NCBI RefSeq assembly: GCF_001194135.2
Contig: NC_068999.1
Location: forward strand, 49,656,690 to 49,720,573
DNA: 63,884 bases
Reading direction: 5' to 3'
Origin: Octopus bimaculoides
Taxonomy: Eukaryota
How positions within the stretch are numbered: the first letter of the stretch is position 1; the number at the start of each line of letters is the position of its first letter. The notes below the pieces were generated by a model that worked only from the letters and a program-made list of their open reading frames with translations, did not search any database and was not told the origin of the DNA. Below are positions 36,239-50,319 of the stretch, piece after piece. A program made the position numbers and the translations under genes.

Positions 36239-39200
36239 CATACGTACTTACATACATACATGCGTACATGCATATACACATGCGTACATACATACATACA
36301 TACATGCATACGCGCATAATACCTAACTCATTTTGTTTGGAAATTGTTCATCAGTAAATGTATTTGAATTCTGTATAACAATCACACTTCAAAAATGGAA
36401 ATAATTACTTATACTGGCTAATTCAAATACGTACTTCTAACATCATGAAATGTATTTACTTCTTTGAATTCTTTTTTGTTTTCTTTTTTCTTTTCGAACG
36501 CATTACATCAAATCAATGCAATCGAGGAATATTATTGAATTATTGATTTAACAATTTACGGATGTCCGATCAATGTATTTGCTGTCAGTTTGGTGCATGG
36601 TTCATTACACCTGCGCAGTTTTATATTGCATATACTAGTTCAAGGAATGAACGTAGTCTAAAGGTCTGTGTGAAACCACACATGTCCAGGAAAATATTCA
36701 AAAGCAGTCAGAGAATTCAAAGAGTTCAGTGCAAAAATATTACAAATATATTCCTTTAGTTTTTCGTCGCGTTATTGTTTTCTGACATTAGACTTGCGTT
36801 CATTGTGGCTATATTATATTGACCCCATTAATTCGTTTCAGGCGATCGTTAAAGGTTGCAACCGCGATGATACGGTACAACACTAGGTATTAGCGCTCAT
36901 CAGACAAGTTCTGTCATGTCGTCACCTATGCACGATGACACACACTGTGGTACGATATATACCAGAGCGTGTGTAATGAGAGGAAAGATCCAAAGATACC
37001 AACGAGAACGGCTTACCGGCCGGTTGTGTTACTGTGTATATAAGGTGACCTGTGAATAATCTCCACTATCATATACACATGCAAACATACATGCCTGCAC
37101 ATATACATAGATAAATACATACATACATATATATATATATATACAAAGAGAGAGAGAGAGAGATAGAGAGAGAGCAATGAGAAAATGGAAGGGATCAAGA
37201 GGTGGTATTCATCAACTTTTAGACATTATATTATGTCAATTTATTTATTTATTTACTAAAAAAGCAATTATAACAATATACATGCATGTTTTTGCATTTT
37301 ACAAGTACAAAAGAAAAAATTCATTTATATTCCAGATTTCATTGTCCACGGGGATATTTACTGAACATTTTGAAAGAGTATATCGTTCCAGGGTTAAGCA
37401 ACAAGGAAATTTTCTTAAAGATATCCATTTCTTTATTACACGCTAAAGCTCCATTTTATGATAACGTAAACACGAATAGATAAAGAATTACATTGGGCAG
37501 AGTAAAACAGCGATCAGAAAAACAAAATAAATATTAAGTTTAATATTTATGAATACAGAAACAAACTCCAAGCAATGAAAGAAATATATGACATTCAAAA
37601 CATAAAGAAAGGAAAAAAAAAACAACAATGCAACATCAACGCCTTGCATTCTCATTGCAGGTGTACCTTCGAGCATGAAGACTTTAGATATGAGACGACA
37701 AGCTGGCAGAAACGTTACCCCGACAGACAGAAATGGAAGCCCCCAAAATACAAAAAACACAAACTCGTAATCTATTCTCAAAATATTTGGGAAGAACTAC
37801 AAGAAGACAATCGCTGTCGATGTCACTTACCAGAACGGTGCATCTTTCGCGGCACAATTTAGGTAATTGGTCAGTGATGAGGTAACCTCGGAGGATATGA
37901 GGCCGATTGAGTTTATCATGATCTCACAAAGTCGCATAAACTTGTAAGTCATCTAGACAATCGCGGAGTTGTGTCCTGTAGAAGTTCCTGATATTCTCTC
38001 TCCCTTCTCACCACCATTTTTTGTTACAGAGAATTAATGCTTCTCTTCAGCATTCAATCAACATTTATTGGATTCTACTACCATATTCCCATGACAACTG
38101 GTCATGTGCTTTAACAAAAAAATGAGAAACTTTGACTATCTAGTTACTTGTTGTTCATAATGTGTAGATGAATTCCTTGTTGGCTATGTCGGGTTACGTT
38201 TACGTTGCTACGATACACATTTTTCTGTTCCAAGGAACTCTTTTTGTAGATATACATTGTACTGAATATTTTGCACACATTTCCTCCCACTGTATTTGAT
38301 TTTCAGTTGACTCTGGTGTATTCTCTAACGTTATGTCTTTTTTTTTTGCTTTGCTCTATGTACGTTTATGTAAAAATCAATCGATTTTTGGTTCATATAT
38401 TCTATTCAATAGTAAGAAGTATCTAAGGTTTTAAAAGTGTTTTATATTACATTATCTTGATGCTGATGGCAATGATGATGATGATGATGTCATCAGCGTC
38501 ATTCTCATCCTCATCATACCCTTTTCGTCATCATTATCCTTAACTGTTGTTTTTGTTATTATATAACGATAAAAAAAAACATGACGTCCATAGTTTTTCA
38601 ATTCCAACTGATATCAAATTCAAAAAATAGAAAAAAAAGAGAAAATAAAAATTTTAAATGAGATACCACAAAATAAGACTACTATGGTACATTGTGTTGT
38701 TTGGGGGTGATTTCATAATCCGGGTACGTTTGGTACAGAGATGGTGGGTTGATGCAGTTGGTAGAAGTATGAAGTTTCTGGAAGAAATAAAAATTTCAAT
38801 GAAATGACATATAACAGCTGTTTTGGATTAAAGAATTTTGTATAAGATGCGATGAAGAGATGAAGGAGGCAGCAATTTCTGACAGATTAAAATTCTGTTC
38901 ATGTTGTTCGAGAAAGAAACTCGATTGGCGAAACTTAACAAACTGTTTGTTTTAGCATTAATGATATTTGCCTCTACAAATTAACCGCTGTTATTTAAAT
39001 GCACGTCGATATGCAAAATTATGCAGAATGTCATAAACATATTGCGAAATACAAATTTTATGTATTCCTATTAACATGCACGTATTTCTGTGTGTATATG
39101 AATTATGTGTGATTATATTTATGTGTGTAAAGAAAAGATTTAATTGAAAGGATACCAGAGGCACCTTCCGTATGAGTAATCAGTAAGAAATTGAGCATTA

Positions 39201-40225
39201 GCATACTTTTAAGTGAATTTTAACTAATAAAAATAACTTTTTTTTTCTGGATAAGCGCAACCGTTGTCTAGATGATTTTTGNNNNNNNNNNNNNNNNNNN
39301 NNNNNNNNNNNNNNNNNNNNNNNNNNNNNNNNNNNNNNNNNNNNNNNNNNNNNNNNNNNNNNNNNNNNNNNNNNNNNNNNNNNNNNNNNNNNNNNNNNNN
39401 NNNNNNNNNNNNNNNNNNNNNNNNNNNNNNNNNNNNNNNNNNNNNNNNNNNNNNNNNNNNNNNNNNNNNNNNNNNNNNNNNNNNNNNNNNNNNNNNNNNN
39501 NNNNNNNNNTATATATATATATATATATATATTATATTAGAACGTTTTGCTATTCTTATTTCTAGTGTGTTTTCTTACGATTGGCATAACAATCTTTTCT
39601 ATATACAGCATTGTAAATATTTTTAACAAGAATATGACATGGTAGTTACTAGGAATGTCTAATATCTTCTAAGACACAAATACAAAGTTTCGGATTTATG
39701 CTAACGTCTAGTCTAGTATACAAAATGTAGGAAATAACATTTTGAACTAAAAGATCGCTGTGGGTATTGAAAGGATATAGCTAAATCTGTACTCTCGAAA
39801 TTCATTAAAGTATGCGTTTGTCACTGTGGCTTTCACCATAAAAAAAACGTATGCAACTTTCTCATGAATTCCGAAATATTTCGAGCATTGATATATGAAG
39901 AAAAGGGGAAATAACCAAGCCACTCATATTGATATTTTTTTCCCTGTTCAACAAGCGCTCATCGATTGAGATTGAACTGCGAACACATCTATCCGAGATA
40001 AACTTCATCGGTGTGTTCAGTGAGAATGTTATGGCCGGATCTGTCACTCATTTTTTTTTGTAAATGTTACACAAATACAACTTATAGCCACCACCAAAAG
40101 TATTGTGAACGACATTAATTTTCTTGTTTCCTGCAGCTGCCTAGAAATGTTAGCAAGGAGTTCACTAACCGTACGTGAATATATAATATATATATTTATT
40201 TAAATACATATATATTCACACACAC

Positions 40226-40258
<33 letters not shown>

Positions 40259-41013
40259 TGTATGTATGTATGTATGTATGTATGTATATATATATATATA
40301 TATATATATCATTTATTATATATATNNNNNNNNNNNNNNNNNNNNNNNNNNNNNNNNNNNNNNNNNNNNNNNNNNNNNNNNNNNNNNNNNNNNNNNNNNN
40401 NNNNNNNNNNNNNNNNNNNNNNNNNNNNNNNNNNNNNNNNNNNNNNNNNNNNNNNNNNNNNNNNNNNNNNNNNNNNNNNNNNNNNNNNNNNNNNNNNNNN
40501 NNNNNNNNNNNNNNNNNNNNNNNNNNNNNNNNNNNNNNNNNNNNNNNNNNNNNNNNNNNNNNNNNNNNNNNNNNNNNNNNNNNNNNNNNNNNNNNNNNNN
40601 NNNNNNNNNNNNNNNNNNNNNNNNNNNNNNNNNNNNNATATGCATATATATATACTGTGCAAAAGACACAGGGCGACGAGGAGAACTGAAGCGGCGTAGT
40701 AATCATAGTGTGAATAATATATTGGGTAACCAACCATTATAATTATAACTTTTAATCATATTTATCGTTATATAAATACATCTATAACTTATAATCTTAT
40801 CTATTTAAATGTAATTCTATCATCTTAAATCAATTTCAAAACTTTTAGTTATATGGTATTTACTCTTTCTCTCACTAGGCTGAGTCCATACACGAAAACC
40901 ACCTTCTAAACTTTGGTTTATGATGAAACGGCGCCAATGCATACTTTTATTGGAGATAGACTTCAGTTGATAGTCTCTTTTACACACTTATATACACATT
41001 ATATAAGCCCAAA

Positions 41014-41485
41014 ATTAAGCTCCGCATTCATTTTGGGAGCAGTACTTTTGTGATCCTTTCTAACAATTCGTGCAAGAGTCCGACGTGTAAGAGTCGTGTA
41101 AGAGTCCCTATCTGAAAGTTTTGGCTTTCTTGCGGAGTTTATTTCGACGAGGAGGTTTTTCCCTCTTTCTTAAAGGCTGTCATTACTTTCGAGACAGTAC
41201 TTCTTGATACACCAAACATTTCGGCTGTTTTCGTTGCGCTAGGGCTTGCCATACGAGCACCAACAATTTCGCCTCTTTGAAAGTGCGATAGATCTGTCAT
41301 TTTAATTAATTTTAATTACTTTTTTCTAATGATATCTGAGGAGAAACAGCAATTTTAGCAAGACATATTAAGCAACAATAAATCAAAAAACATAAAAATA
41401 AGCAAGCTTTTGACGGTTTTATAGATATTTCAAAATTATGATGGTATGATGCTAGGTGTTTCCATTATTTTGTCCAACCCCTGTA
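41014..41485 (-). mobile_element. Tc1-family transposon left end and transposase N-terminus (pseudogene)
   Basis: TA-CAGGGGTTGGACAAAATAATGGAAACACC TIR. ATG at 41300: MTDLSHFQRGEIVGARMASPSATKTAEMFGVSRSTVSKVMTAFKKEGKTSSSK*, then after a frameshift NSARKPKLSDRD..RRTLARIVRKDHKSTAPKMNAELN (paired-like HTH domains). Confidence 0.9.
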
Positions 41486-42779
41486 TATAATAATATATAT
41501 AAATATAAATACACGCGCGCACACGCATACACACGCACTCACACACACACAAGCACACACATATATATATAACTTAATTTACCGCTAAAATTTTAAAAAC
41601 TTTTATAGAATTTCGTATTATTTTAATAAAAGTGATAAACAGAAATCTAATTTTTTTTAAAAATAGGGCAGTTAAGCTCGCTGTCTTTCATTCTTATATC
41701 AGTCCTGATAAAATTCAAATATAATTTCATTATAATATATCATCTTCTTCTTTTCTGCCACTCTAGCCCTTCATTAACTCTCACATTTTAAAAATTCATT
41801 TAATATTCTTTTCCGTATTTCTGTGATAATTTTACGTTCATTATTGTCCACCAACACATTTTGCGCATTCTATTCTGATTCAAATTCAACGTATCACTAT
41901 CATACGTTCTTCTTTATTGAATTTCTCTATTCTGTTATTCTCTCATTCTCTATATTGCAATTCTTACTTCCTGATTTCAATATTTATTCACGTATATAAT
42001 TTTTTTCTTTTCTCGCTGCTTTTATAAAACATATTCTATTCTTTCAAAATGTCTTACTTTCTCCAGTTTTCCTGTTATTTTTTAATTGTTTCCATCCTAT
42101 ATTTCACTGCATATTTCTATTTTTGTCATTTTTCTCAACTCGTTGCTATATATTTTCTTCGTATCTCTTTCTTGTCCTTTTTATACGTTTTCTCATTTTT
42201 TCAATCATTTTCCCCATTTTTTCCGATATTTTTACTATTTTTTTCATTCTTTCATCTTTTTAATCTTTCTCTCTTCTTTCTATGTGTTTCCTTTTTTTCT
42301 TTTTAATATTTTTCTTCTAGTTTCAATCAATCAAGTCTTTTCATCACACCTCGCACATTGTTCATTTAATATTTCATGGCTGTTCATGTATTGTTTTTCT
42401 ATTAGGAATTTTTCCTTGTTTATTTTTGAATACATATATACATACATATGTGTGTGTATGTGAATGTGTATGTTTATGTGTGTTTATGCGTGTGTGGTGT
42501 GTTTGTATATATATATATATGTATATGTAATTATGTACATATAAATGGATTACATATGTATGTGTGTTTATATATACATATATCTACATACAATATGTAT
42601 AAAATACATGAATATATATATGTGCGTGTGTAATTATGTAATTATGTACATATTAATGGATTACATATGTGTGTGTTCATATATACAACATGTATAGAAT
42701 ACATCAATATATATATGTGCGTGTGCGTACATATATATATATATGCATATAAATATGTATATATGTAAATATATAGATA

Positions 42780-42824
<45 letters not shown>

Positions 42825-43052
42825 ACATTCATACATACATACATACATTCATACATACATACATTCATACATACATACATACATTCATACATTCATACAT
42901 ACATACATACATACATACATACATAGAAGCATTCATAAATGCATCATTTCAAGGGATACAGATTAAATCTACCTGAATATGTTTGATTATATCAACATCA
43001 TCCTTATCATCGTACATACATACATACCACATATACAGACACACGTACACAT

Positions 43053-43095
<43 letters not shown>

Positions 43096-44908
43096 CACAC
43101 ACACACGTACACACATATACGCACACAGACACACACCTGTAGTATTATTGGTATGCATCCTGGTTGTCTGGCAGTTGTAATAATAATATCAATGGACAAT
43201 TCACCGTTTTGATGCAGTTATTAGATTCTACATTTACTATTTCTGCATTTTAGTATTCAAAATAAAATTTTCTACTATATTTACAATATATAAGCATATA
43301 TATATCTTATCTTTTATATTTTCATTGGAGAATATATATATATATATATATGTGTGTGTACATAATCTATATGTAAAGATATATATATGTATGTATGTAT
43401 ATATATTCATATTTATATATATATACATACAAACATACATATATATAAATACATATGTATATATCTATATGTATCTATCTATACTTGCATATATATTAGT
43501 ATGCACTTACACATGTATATATATATCTATGTGTGTGTATGTGTGTGCTTATTTATATTAAAGAGAGAGAGACAGACAGAGTGAAATAAATAGTGAGGGA
43601 GAGAGAGATTATATGCTTGTATTGAAATGGTATTCCATTCGTGTATGCTCTTGTGTGTTGTGTGCGTGTGTTTCTTAGTGAGTCTGCGTGTGCTTATGTG
43701 TGTGTGTATTTCAAAAGATCGGTATCTAGAGATAGAAGTAAGTTTATCTTTGTCATCCATGGAATGTGTCGAGCTAGATCTGAGGTGGCTGTATTCATAC
43801 AACGAAGAGGCCAACCCAAATAGAACCAGACGATGAATGGCTTAAAGGCAAAATAAATAAGTACGCAGAAAGAATTGCTGAAAAGAAGAACCAGCTCATC
43901 TAAATACACGGTACAGCAATGCGATAAAAAAAGAGATATTCTCTATACAGCAAATGGGAAGAGCAAATACAAGTATAATGTAGAAAGAAAAATACAAGTG
44001 AAAATATCACGAATCGTTTATTGTCAATGTGCAACGATGCAGGTATTACTTGGTACGTTTTGTACAAGTGGGATGTCGTGTATTTGGAGGTAGGGCTACA
44101 GTGTGCTACATGGTTAGCATTATATTTAGAAAGGAGAATAGAGCAGTGATTCGCGAAATGAATGGGGAAGTAGAACACTAGCTTCGAGCTACGACTTTCG
44201 CTCTGCTGTTTGAGCCTGACACTTGCGGGTGTCCGAAGTGGTGGGGACAGCAAAAGCTAGGGTTGTCCTGTCGCAGTACACTCCCTGGCTACAGCACTAA
44301 AATAGTAGAAAATGCTTCAGCATGGCAAAAGCAGTGGTGGGTGGGTGGAGGTAAACAAAACTGGGATTAAAGAATCACTCGCGAGTACTATTACAGTTTA
44401 ATGAAACAGGGGTGGGGTGGGTGATATAGTTACGGCACACCTGGTTAATTAGGGCAAATCGCGTGGAAGCGGAATAGACTGTTAACTAGCAGCATCCATG
44501 ATGCTGAGTACCGCTACATGAAGCGACACCGGTCGAAGGTGTTGAAAACTTGGAAAACTCCGGGTGAGAGAGGGGGGAGTGAAAGAGTGAAAGAGAGAAA
44601 GAGAAACAAGGGTGTCCCGTCGTGGAAGTTATATAATTCATGCACATACATGCATACATACATACATCCATCTACATATATATCTATATATAAATATATG
44701 CACATATATATATATATATGTATATACACACACACACACACACACACATACATATATATATTTATTTATTTATTTATTTATNNNNNNNNNNNNNNNNNNN
44801 NNNNNNNNNNNNNNNNNNNNNNNNNNNNNNNNNNNNNNNNNNNNNNNNNNNNNNNNNNNNNNNNNNNNNNNNNNNNNNNNNNNNNNNNNNNNNNNNNNNN
44901 NNNNNNNN

Positions 44909-44970
<62 letters not shown>

Positions 44971-45951
44971 TACATATATATATTTATTTATTTATTTATT
45001 TATTTATTTATAGACGAAACATACACAGATAAATCTTATGCACATCATATTAGCGGCCTGTAAAGATGTAGATGAAAAATACGCATACACATACATGAAC
45101 ACGCATATGCACTTGCATTTGTCGTGTGTATTGTAGCATTGATACACACCAGAGAGCAAAATGTTCATAATCCGGTTGCTGTGAAAGACACATTAGTAAG
45201 CAATAAAATTTCTCGCTTCACAAAATGACGGTAAAGGCTCCTGACATGTTGTTTGGCAGTTTTATGTACTATTTCGCTTATCTCTGAAGTGTTTTGCCTC
45301 AAACAACAGCGCGTTGCATTGCTTTGCACATCTTCGTTGTGTGTTCGTTATCTTTGTCTTTCTTCCATCGTTCTGTATGCCTGACTGTTGTTTTTCCTAG
45401 TGCTAGGTGTATTGTGTCTGTATGTATGTGGCATATCTATGTGTGTGTGTGCGTGTGCGCGTGCTTGTGTCTGTTTGTTTGTTTGTGTGTGTATATGTTA
45501 GTTGTTGTGTGTGTTGTGGTGTTGATATCTTTCTATATGCACAGGCATACATGTATACTCATGCCGGCACACATAAATATACAAGTGTATATATATATAT
45601 ATATATATATNNNNNNNNNNNNNNNNNNNNNNNNNNNNNNNNNNNNNNNNNNNNNNNNNNNNNNNNNNNNNNNNNNNNNNNNNNNNNNNNNNNNNNNNNN
45701 NNNNNNNNNNNNNNNNNNNNNNNNNNNNNNNNNNNNNNNNNNNNNNNNNNNNNNNNNNNNNNNNNNNNNNNNNNNNNNNNNNNNNNNNNNNNNNNNNNNN
45801 NNNNNNNNNNNNNNNNNNNNNNNNNNNNNNNNNNNNNNNNNNNNNNNNNNNNNNNNNNNNNNNNNNNNNNNNNNNNNNNNNNNNNNNNNNNNNNNNNNNN
45901 NNNNNNNNNNNNNNNNNNNNNNNNNNNNNNNNNNNNNNNNNNNNNNNNNNN

Positions 45952-46000
<49 letters not shown>

Positions 46001-47164
46001 TGTATGTGTGTGTTTGTGGATGTGTGTGTGGGTGTGCTCTCTTGTCTATGACACTGCTTGTGTAAACTGTTGATATGAACATATATAATAAATTTCTCTT
46101 TATGCTTGTGTAATTCTCTTCGCAATTTGCGACAAGGTATGCTGATATTTTCGCTTCTCCAAGTTTATGGTGTGTTTGCATATCCACATGCTTGTGTGCA
46201 TGTGTGTATACATGCATACGTACATATATTATGTATGTATGTATGTATGCATGTATGCATGTATGTTTGCATGTATGTATGCATATATATTACATATGCC
46301 CCTGTACTTATATATTCGTGTGTGCGTGTGTATTCACATATATGGTAAAGAAAGATAGAGGTAGATAGAAAGAGAGAAAGAGGGGGAAACAGAATTGAGA
46401 GAAAGAGTGAGGGGGAGAGAGAGATTTAATGTGACAGAGAGGAGGGTGAGTTTGGTGTCCTGTTGATTTGTGATTTTTATTTTCATGTTTGCTCTATGTT
46501 GTTTTAATCCACGTACGTTGTTAAGCGTGTATATATTTTTGTATGCATGTATTTCATGCATTATTGAAACGTTTGTATGTGAGTATATGTTCATGTGTGT
46601 ATGGTCCATGCTTGAGATTTATTTAAACTCTACTATGCCGATTACAAGCTGGTTCACTAACAAACGAAAAAGTCCTTTTTATTTCGTTTGAAACAGTATT
46701 TCTAGGGATGGATGGAAATCTGAATGTATTCGTCTCAGTATAATTTTAAGCACAAGTGTTTTCATATACTTCATATTCATGTAATGTGTGTATACACTTC
46801 TTTAATACATGAATTGTATGTACATGTCCTATGCAGATATTTAATTGTGTAAATGTAGTTTCCTGAGGATTTTCTCCTACGAAACTCAAACAGGATATTT
46901 TACATATCTTGCAAAACTACCTCGCAGTAAATCTTCATCGATCGTGGAAACATTGCGATGTTTAGTGATTCTTGTATTCACGAGGGAAAGGCATTTAAAA
47001 GCATCCTTACATATAGCCCAGCCATACACTAAATGGCCGTCACTGATACAGCCTTGTTAATACGGAGTTGTTTGGTACAGCCTCGAACCTTTTTCTTCTT
47101 GCCTGTGCATCAGTTTGTCTCCTCGTAAATGTAGAGAAGTACTTTTAAGCCCAATGTTCTACGT

Positions 47165-47325
47165 ATATCTTGTATCTTTTACTTCAGTATCGGACTGTGG
47201 CTGTGCTGAAGCACTGCCTTCAAGGGTTTAGTAGAACAACTCGACCTGTTATTTCTATATTCAGGTACTTACTCTATCGGTCTCTTTTGCTGAACTGCTA
47301 AGTTACGGAGAAGTAACAAAACATC
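47165..47325 (-). mobile_element. SINE family A 3' half, diverged
   Basis: GTACTTACTCTATCGGTCTCTTTTGCTGAACTGCTAAGTTACGG matches 1852-1897. Confidence 0.75.
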
Positions 47326-47330
47326 AGTTG

Positions 47331-47448
47331 AACGAATCGTTAGAACGCCGGGCGAAATGCCGCAAAGCATTTTGCCCGTCTTTACGTTCTGAGTTCAAAT
47401 TCCACAGAGATCAACATTGTCTTTCTTCCTATCGGGGTTAATAAGATA
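47331..47448 (+). mobile_element. SINE family B 5' half
   Basis: GAATCGTTAGAACGCCGGGCGAAATG..TTACGTTCTGAGTTCAAATTCC..TCCTATCGGGGTTAATAAG; cut at its 3' side by the 47451-47716 element. Confidence 0.85.
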
Positions 47449-47450
47449 TG

Positions 47451-47716
47451 TAGGGGGAAGAATTCACAAAAAGAAACAAAAAAACAAAGACGAAGACAGG
47501 TGGTATAGACAACAAACAGATGTATTAGTATAACGCTCGAGAAGTCTTTAACGTTTCGAGCCTACGCTCTTCCACAGAAAGGAACACAGAAAGAAACAAA
47601 GAGAGAAAAAAAAAAGAATGTGTAGTGGCTAACGATTTATCATGGCGAATGCCGGACAGAAGGGTCACACAAGAGAGCTAGAAAGAAGGGGAGATAATAA
47701 AGTAGTGGTGATCCAA
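47451..47716 (-). mobile_element. Second copy (5'-truncated) of the hammerhead-bearing Penelope-like end
   Basis: Reverse complement of about 35930-36190, with a small internal deletion. Motif AACGTTTCGAGCCTACGCTCTTCCACAG at 47550-47577. Confidence 0.75.
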
Positions 47717-48277
47717 GTACCATAAAAGAACGTTGGGACTGATATGATCAACTTAACTACTTCTGGGCAAGAATATTAAAGCTGCATCTCTCTGCGAAGC
47801 GATGACGAACTAGTGCGGCAGAGTAGGCTCAAATTCACGGCCTCCACATCAGATCGTGACTGGTAGGGAGAACATTCTGACGCCCTCGTCATGCAGTGCT
47901 CTGAGCATGGGCAATGCAAATCCAAATCTAAATCAATACGTGTGTCTGTGTATGTGTGTGTATTGTGTCTGTGTGTACGTTATATATGTATGTACACGCA
48001 CACACACATGCACACACACACATGAATATATAAATATAAAATAAAAGAAGGAAAGTGCACATAGTTTACATAGCGTTAATATATTTTAAATGAACGAGTT
48101 TTGTAAACTGTGTGCTTTTTCCATCTTTTATTTTATATCTATATTTTTTGCATTACTATTCTCCACGCGGGCGTTATCGAAATCCTCTTCCTCTCTTTTC
48201 TTACTATATAAAACTCAACAGAAATTGTGTTCAAAATTGTTCCCTGGTCATCCTCGGTTCTTCTAATTTATCATAAT

Positions 48278-48482
48278 CCTTTCTTGTATAGGTTCAAAGC
48301 CTGAAATTTAGTGGGAGGGGTTGAGTCGGTTACATCAACCCCAGTACTCAACTGGTACTTAATTTTTGACTCTGAAAGGATGAAAGGCAAAGTCAAACTC
48401 GGCGGAATTTGAACTCAGAACGTAACGACAAGTGAAATACCGCTAAGCATGTTTTCCAGCGTGCTAACGATTCTGCTGGCTT
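48278..48482 (-). mobile_element. tRNA-derived SINE family B, near full length
   Basis: GGATGAAAGGCAAAGTCAAACTCGGCGGAATTTGAACTCAGAACGTAAC..GCGTGCTAACGATTCTGCTGGC. Confidence 0.88.
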
Positions 48483-48945
48483 CTCATTTATTGCAATGCC
48501 AAATCTTCTGATTTACGACTCTCAGTTTGGATTTAATGCATCATAGTTTGTGTCTAATGACAATTAGTTTACTTGTGTGTGACATGGCCAATGTAGAAAT
48601 AATCCACGGGTTAATTATCAGTTTAATTTCCTCTCTCGATCTCTGACAACGATCTGCTGTAAATGGCAGTTTCGTTGCATTAATCCAACGAAGATAATTG
48701 TATTGATGACAGAAGTTCTTGGGAGCGGCATTGATTACTTGAAAGAATGGATAGTCACCGATGCCAATGTGACTAGCTTCAGAGCCATGCTGTTTACGCA
48801 CGCGCACACGCACATTCTTATCTGTATGCTATGTCGGTTTTAGTTTTCCAGTTTCCTAGCAATGGAAAAAGAACCAAATTCTAAGTAACAAACAAGACCT
48901 TTTTATTAGAATTTAGATAACTGAGATATGTATATGTATATATAT

Positions 48946-48994
<49 letters not shown>

Positions 48995-49428
48995 AGATAA
49001 CAACAAAAAAATGAAAGAAAACTTACACAAAAAAGAATAAAAATAAACAATGCAATACAAACAAATATAATAAGGAGCCTGCCTTGAATTCACTTCTCTA
49101 ACTGAATAGTGTAAAAAGAAGGCTAAGCATATTTATTTACTCCGAGCTCGACTCTCCAAAACCATGGCATTCCTCTCATCCCTTTGAGTCTTTTAATGCC
49201 ACCTGTCTCGCTTTAGCCACCCGTAACACTTAACTTCTCTTCGCATTAGGGCTGCTTATCTTTTGACAAAGTGTAATGTCATGTTATTAGATGCACTTGA
49301 AAGCTCACTGTAATATCGGTGCTAGATACCACTACCTACTTTCTAGTTTCTGGCACGTGTTTGATGTCTTTTAAATTGGCTTTTCACGAGAACATGTAGA
49401 AAGCGAGGCGAGAGAGAGGGAGAGAGAA

Positions 49429-49471
<43 letters not shown>

Positions 49472-49528
49472 NNNNNNNNNNNNNNNNNNNNNNNNNNNNN
49501 NNNNNNNNNNNNNNNNNNNNNNNNNNNN

Positions 49529-49588
<60 letters not shown>

Positions 49589-49984
49589 GATTATCTATGT
49601 GAGGAAATGAGTAGATGTGAGAGGGTAGATATTAGTGTACGCAGAAGCACTGCAATGTGACGTTGGCCGTCATTTTATGGGGAATTCGGTTAAAGTACTG
49701 GGATATTTAGGGGTAATTCAGCACTACAACTATAGAAGGTTGTAACAAGTATGACAATGCTGGACTTAGATGGATGTTTTGTAAGGTATCTGGATCTATT
49801 ACCTTACTCCCGTCTTTGTTTAAACATTGCCTTTAATCTTTTCAGAATCGCTGATGTATGTAATTGCTATCTACTGGCGCTTCATTCAATTGACTGTACG
49901 TATTTAGCATTGCACTAAACTTAGAAACTCTAATGAAAATAAATGGTAAAATACTGAACAAATTATCTTTCAGTATTTTCTTAC

Positions 49985-50065
49985 GAGCTTTTACGTTCTC
50001 AGTTCGAATCCAGCCAAGAACAGCTTTGCCTTTTATCCATCCAGGACTGATAAAATAAAGTAACA
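49985..50065 (+). mobile_element. SINE family B fragment, degenerate
   Basis: TTACGTTCTCAGTTCGAATCCAGCC..CTTTGCCTTTTATCCATCC..GATAAAATAAAGTAAC. Confidence 0.6.
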
Positions 50066-50319
50066 ACCAAGTTTTCTTCCTGGCACCACCAGGTGACATA
50101 CTCGATAAATGTTATATGCTTGTAGAATCTTCACGGAGTAATATGCATGGTTTCTAAGTGTCTTTGTCCACTTATTTTTCGAACGACACCATCTTGTTGA
50201 CTCCATGGAGCCGAGTCCGTATGTTTTTCCTGAGCATACAGATTGTAAGGACCTGGGTTAAAATACCACAAAGTATTCCGTTCAGTGCTGTATCAATTCC
50301 GCCAATCAACTACTAATTC

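Noticed and set aside
42528-42725. Tandem duplication of about 100 bp in AT/GT-rich sequence
   Set aside because: Low-complexity slippage duplication with no further structure.
44720-45010. Identical compound microsatellite on both sides of a gap
   Set aside because: Most likely an unmerged contig overlap (assembly artefact).
46863-46900. CTGAGGA..CGAAAC match
   Set aside because: No stem II closing pair and no NUH triplet in register.
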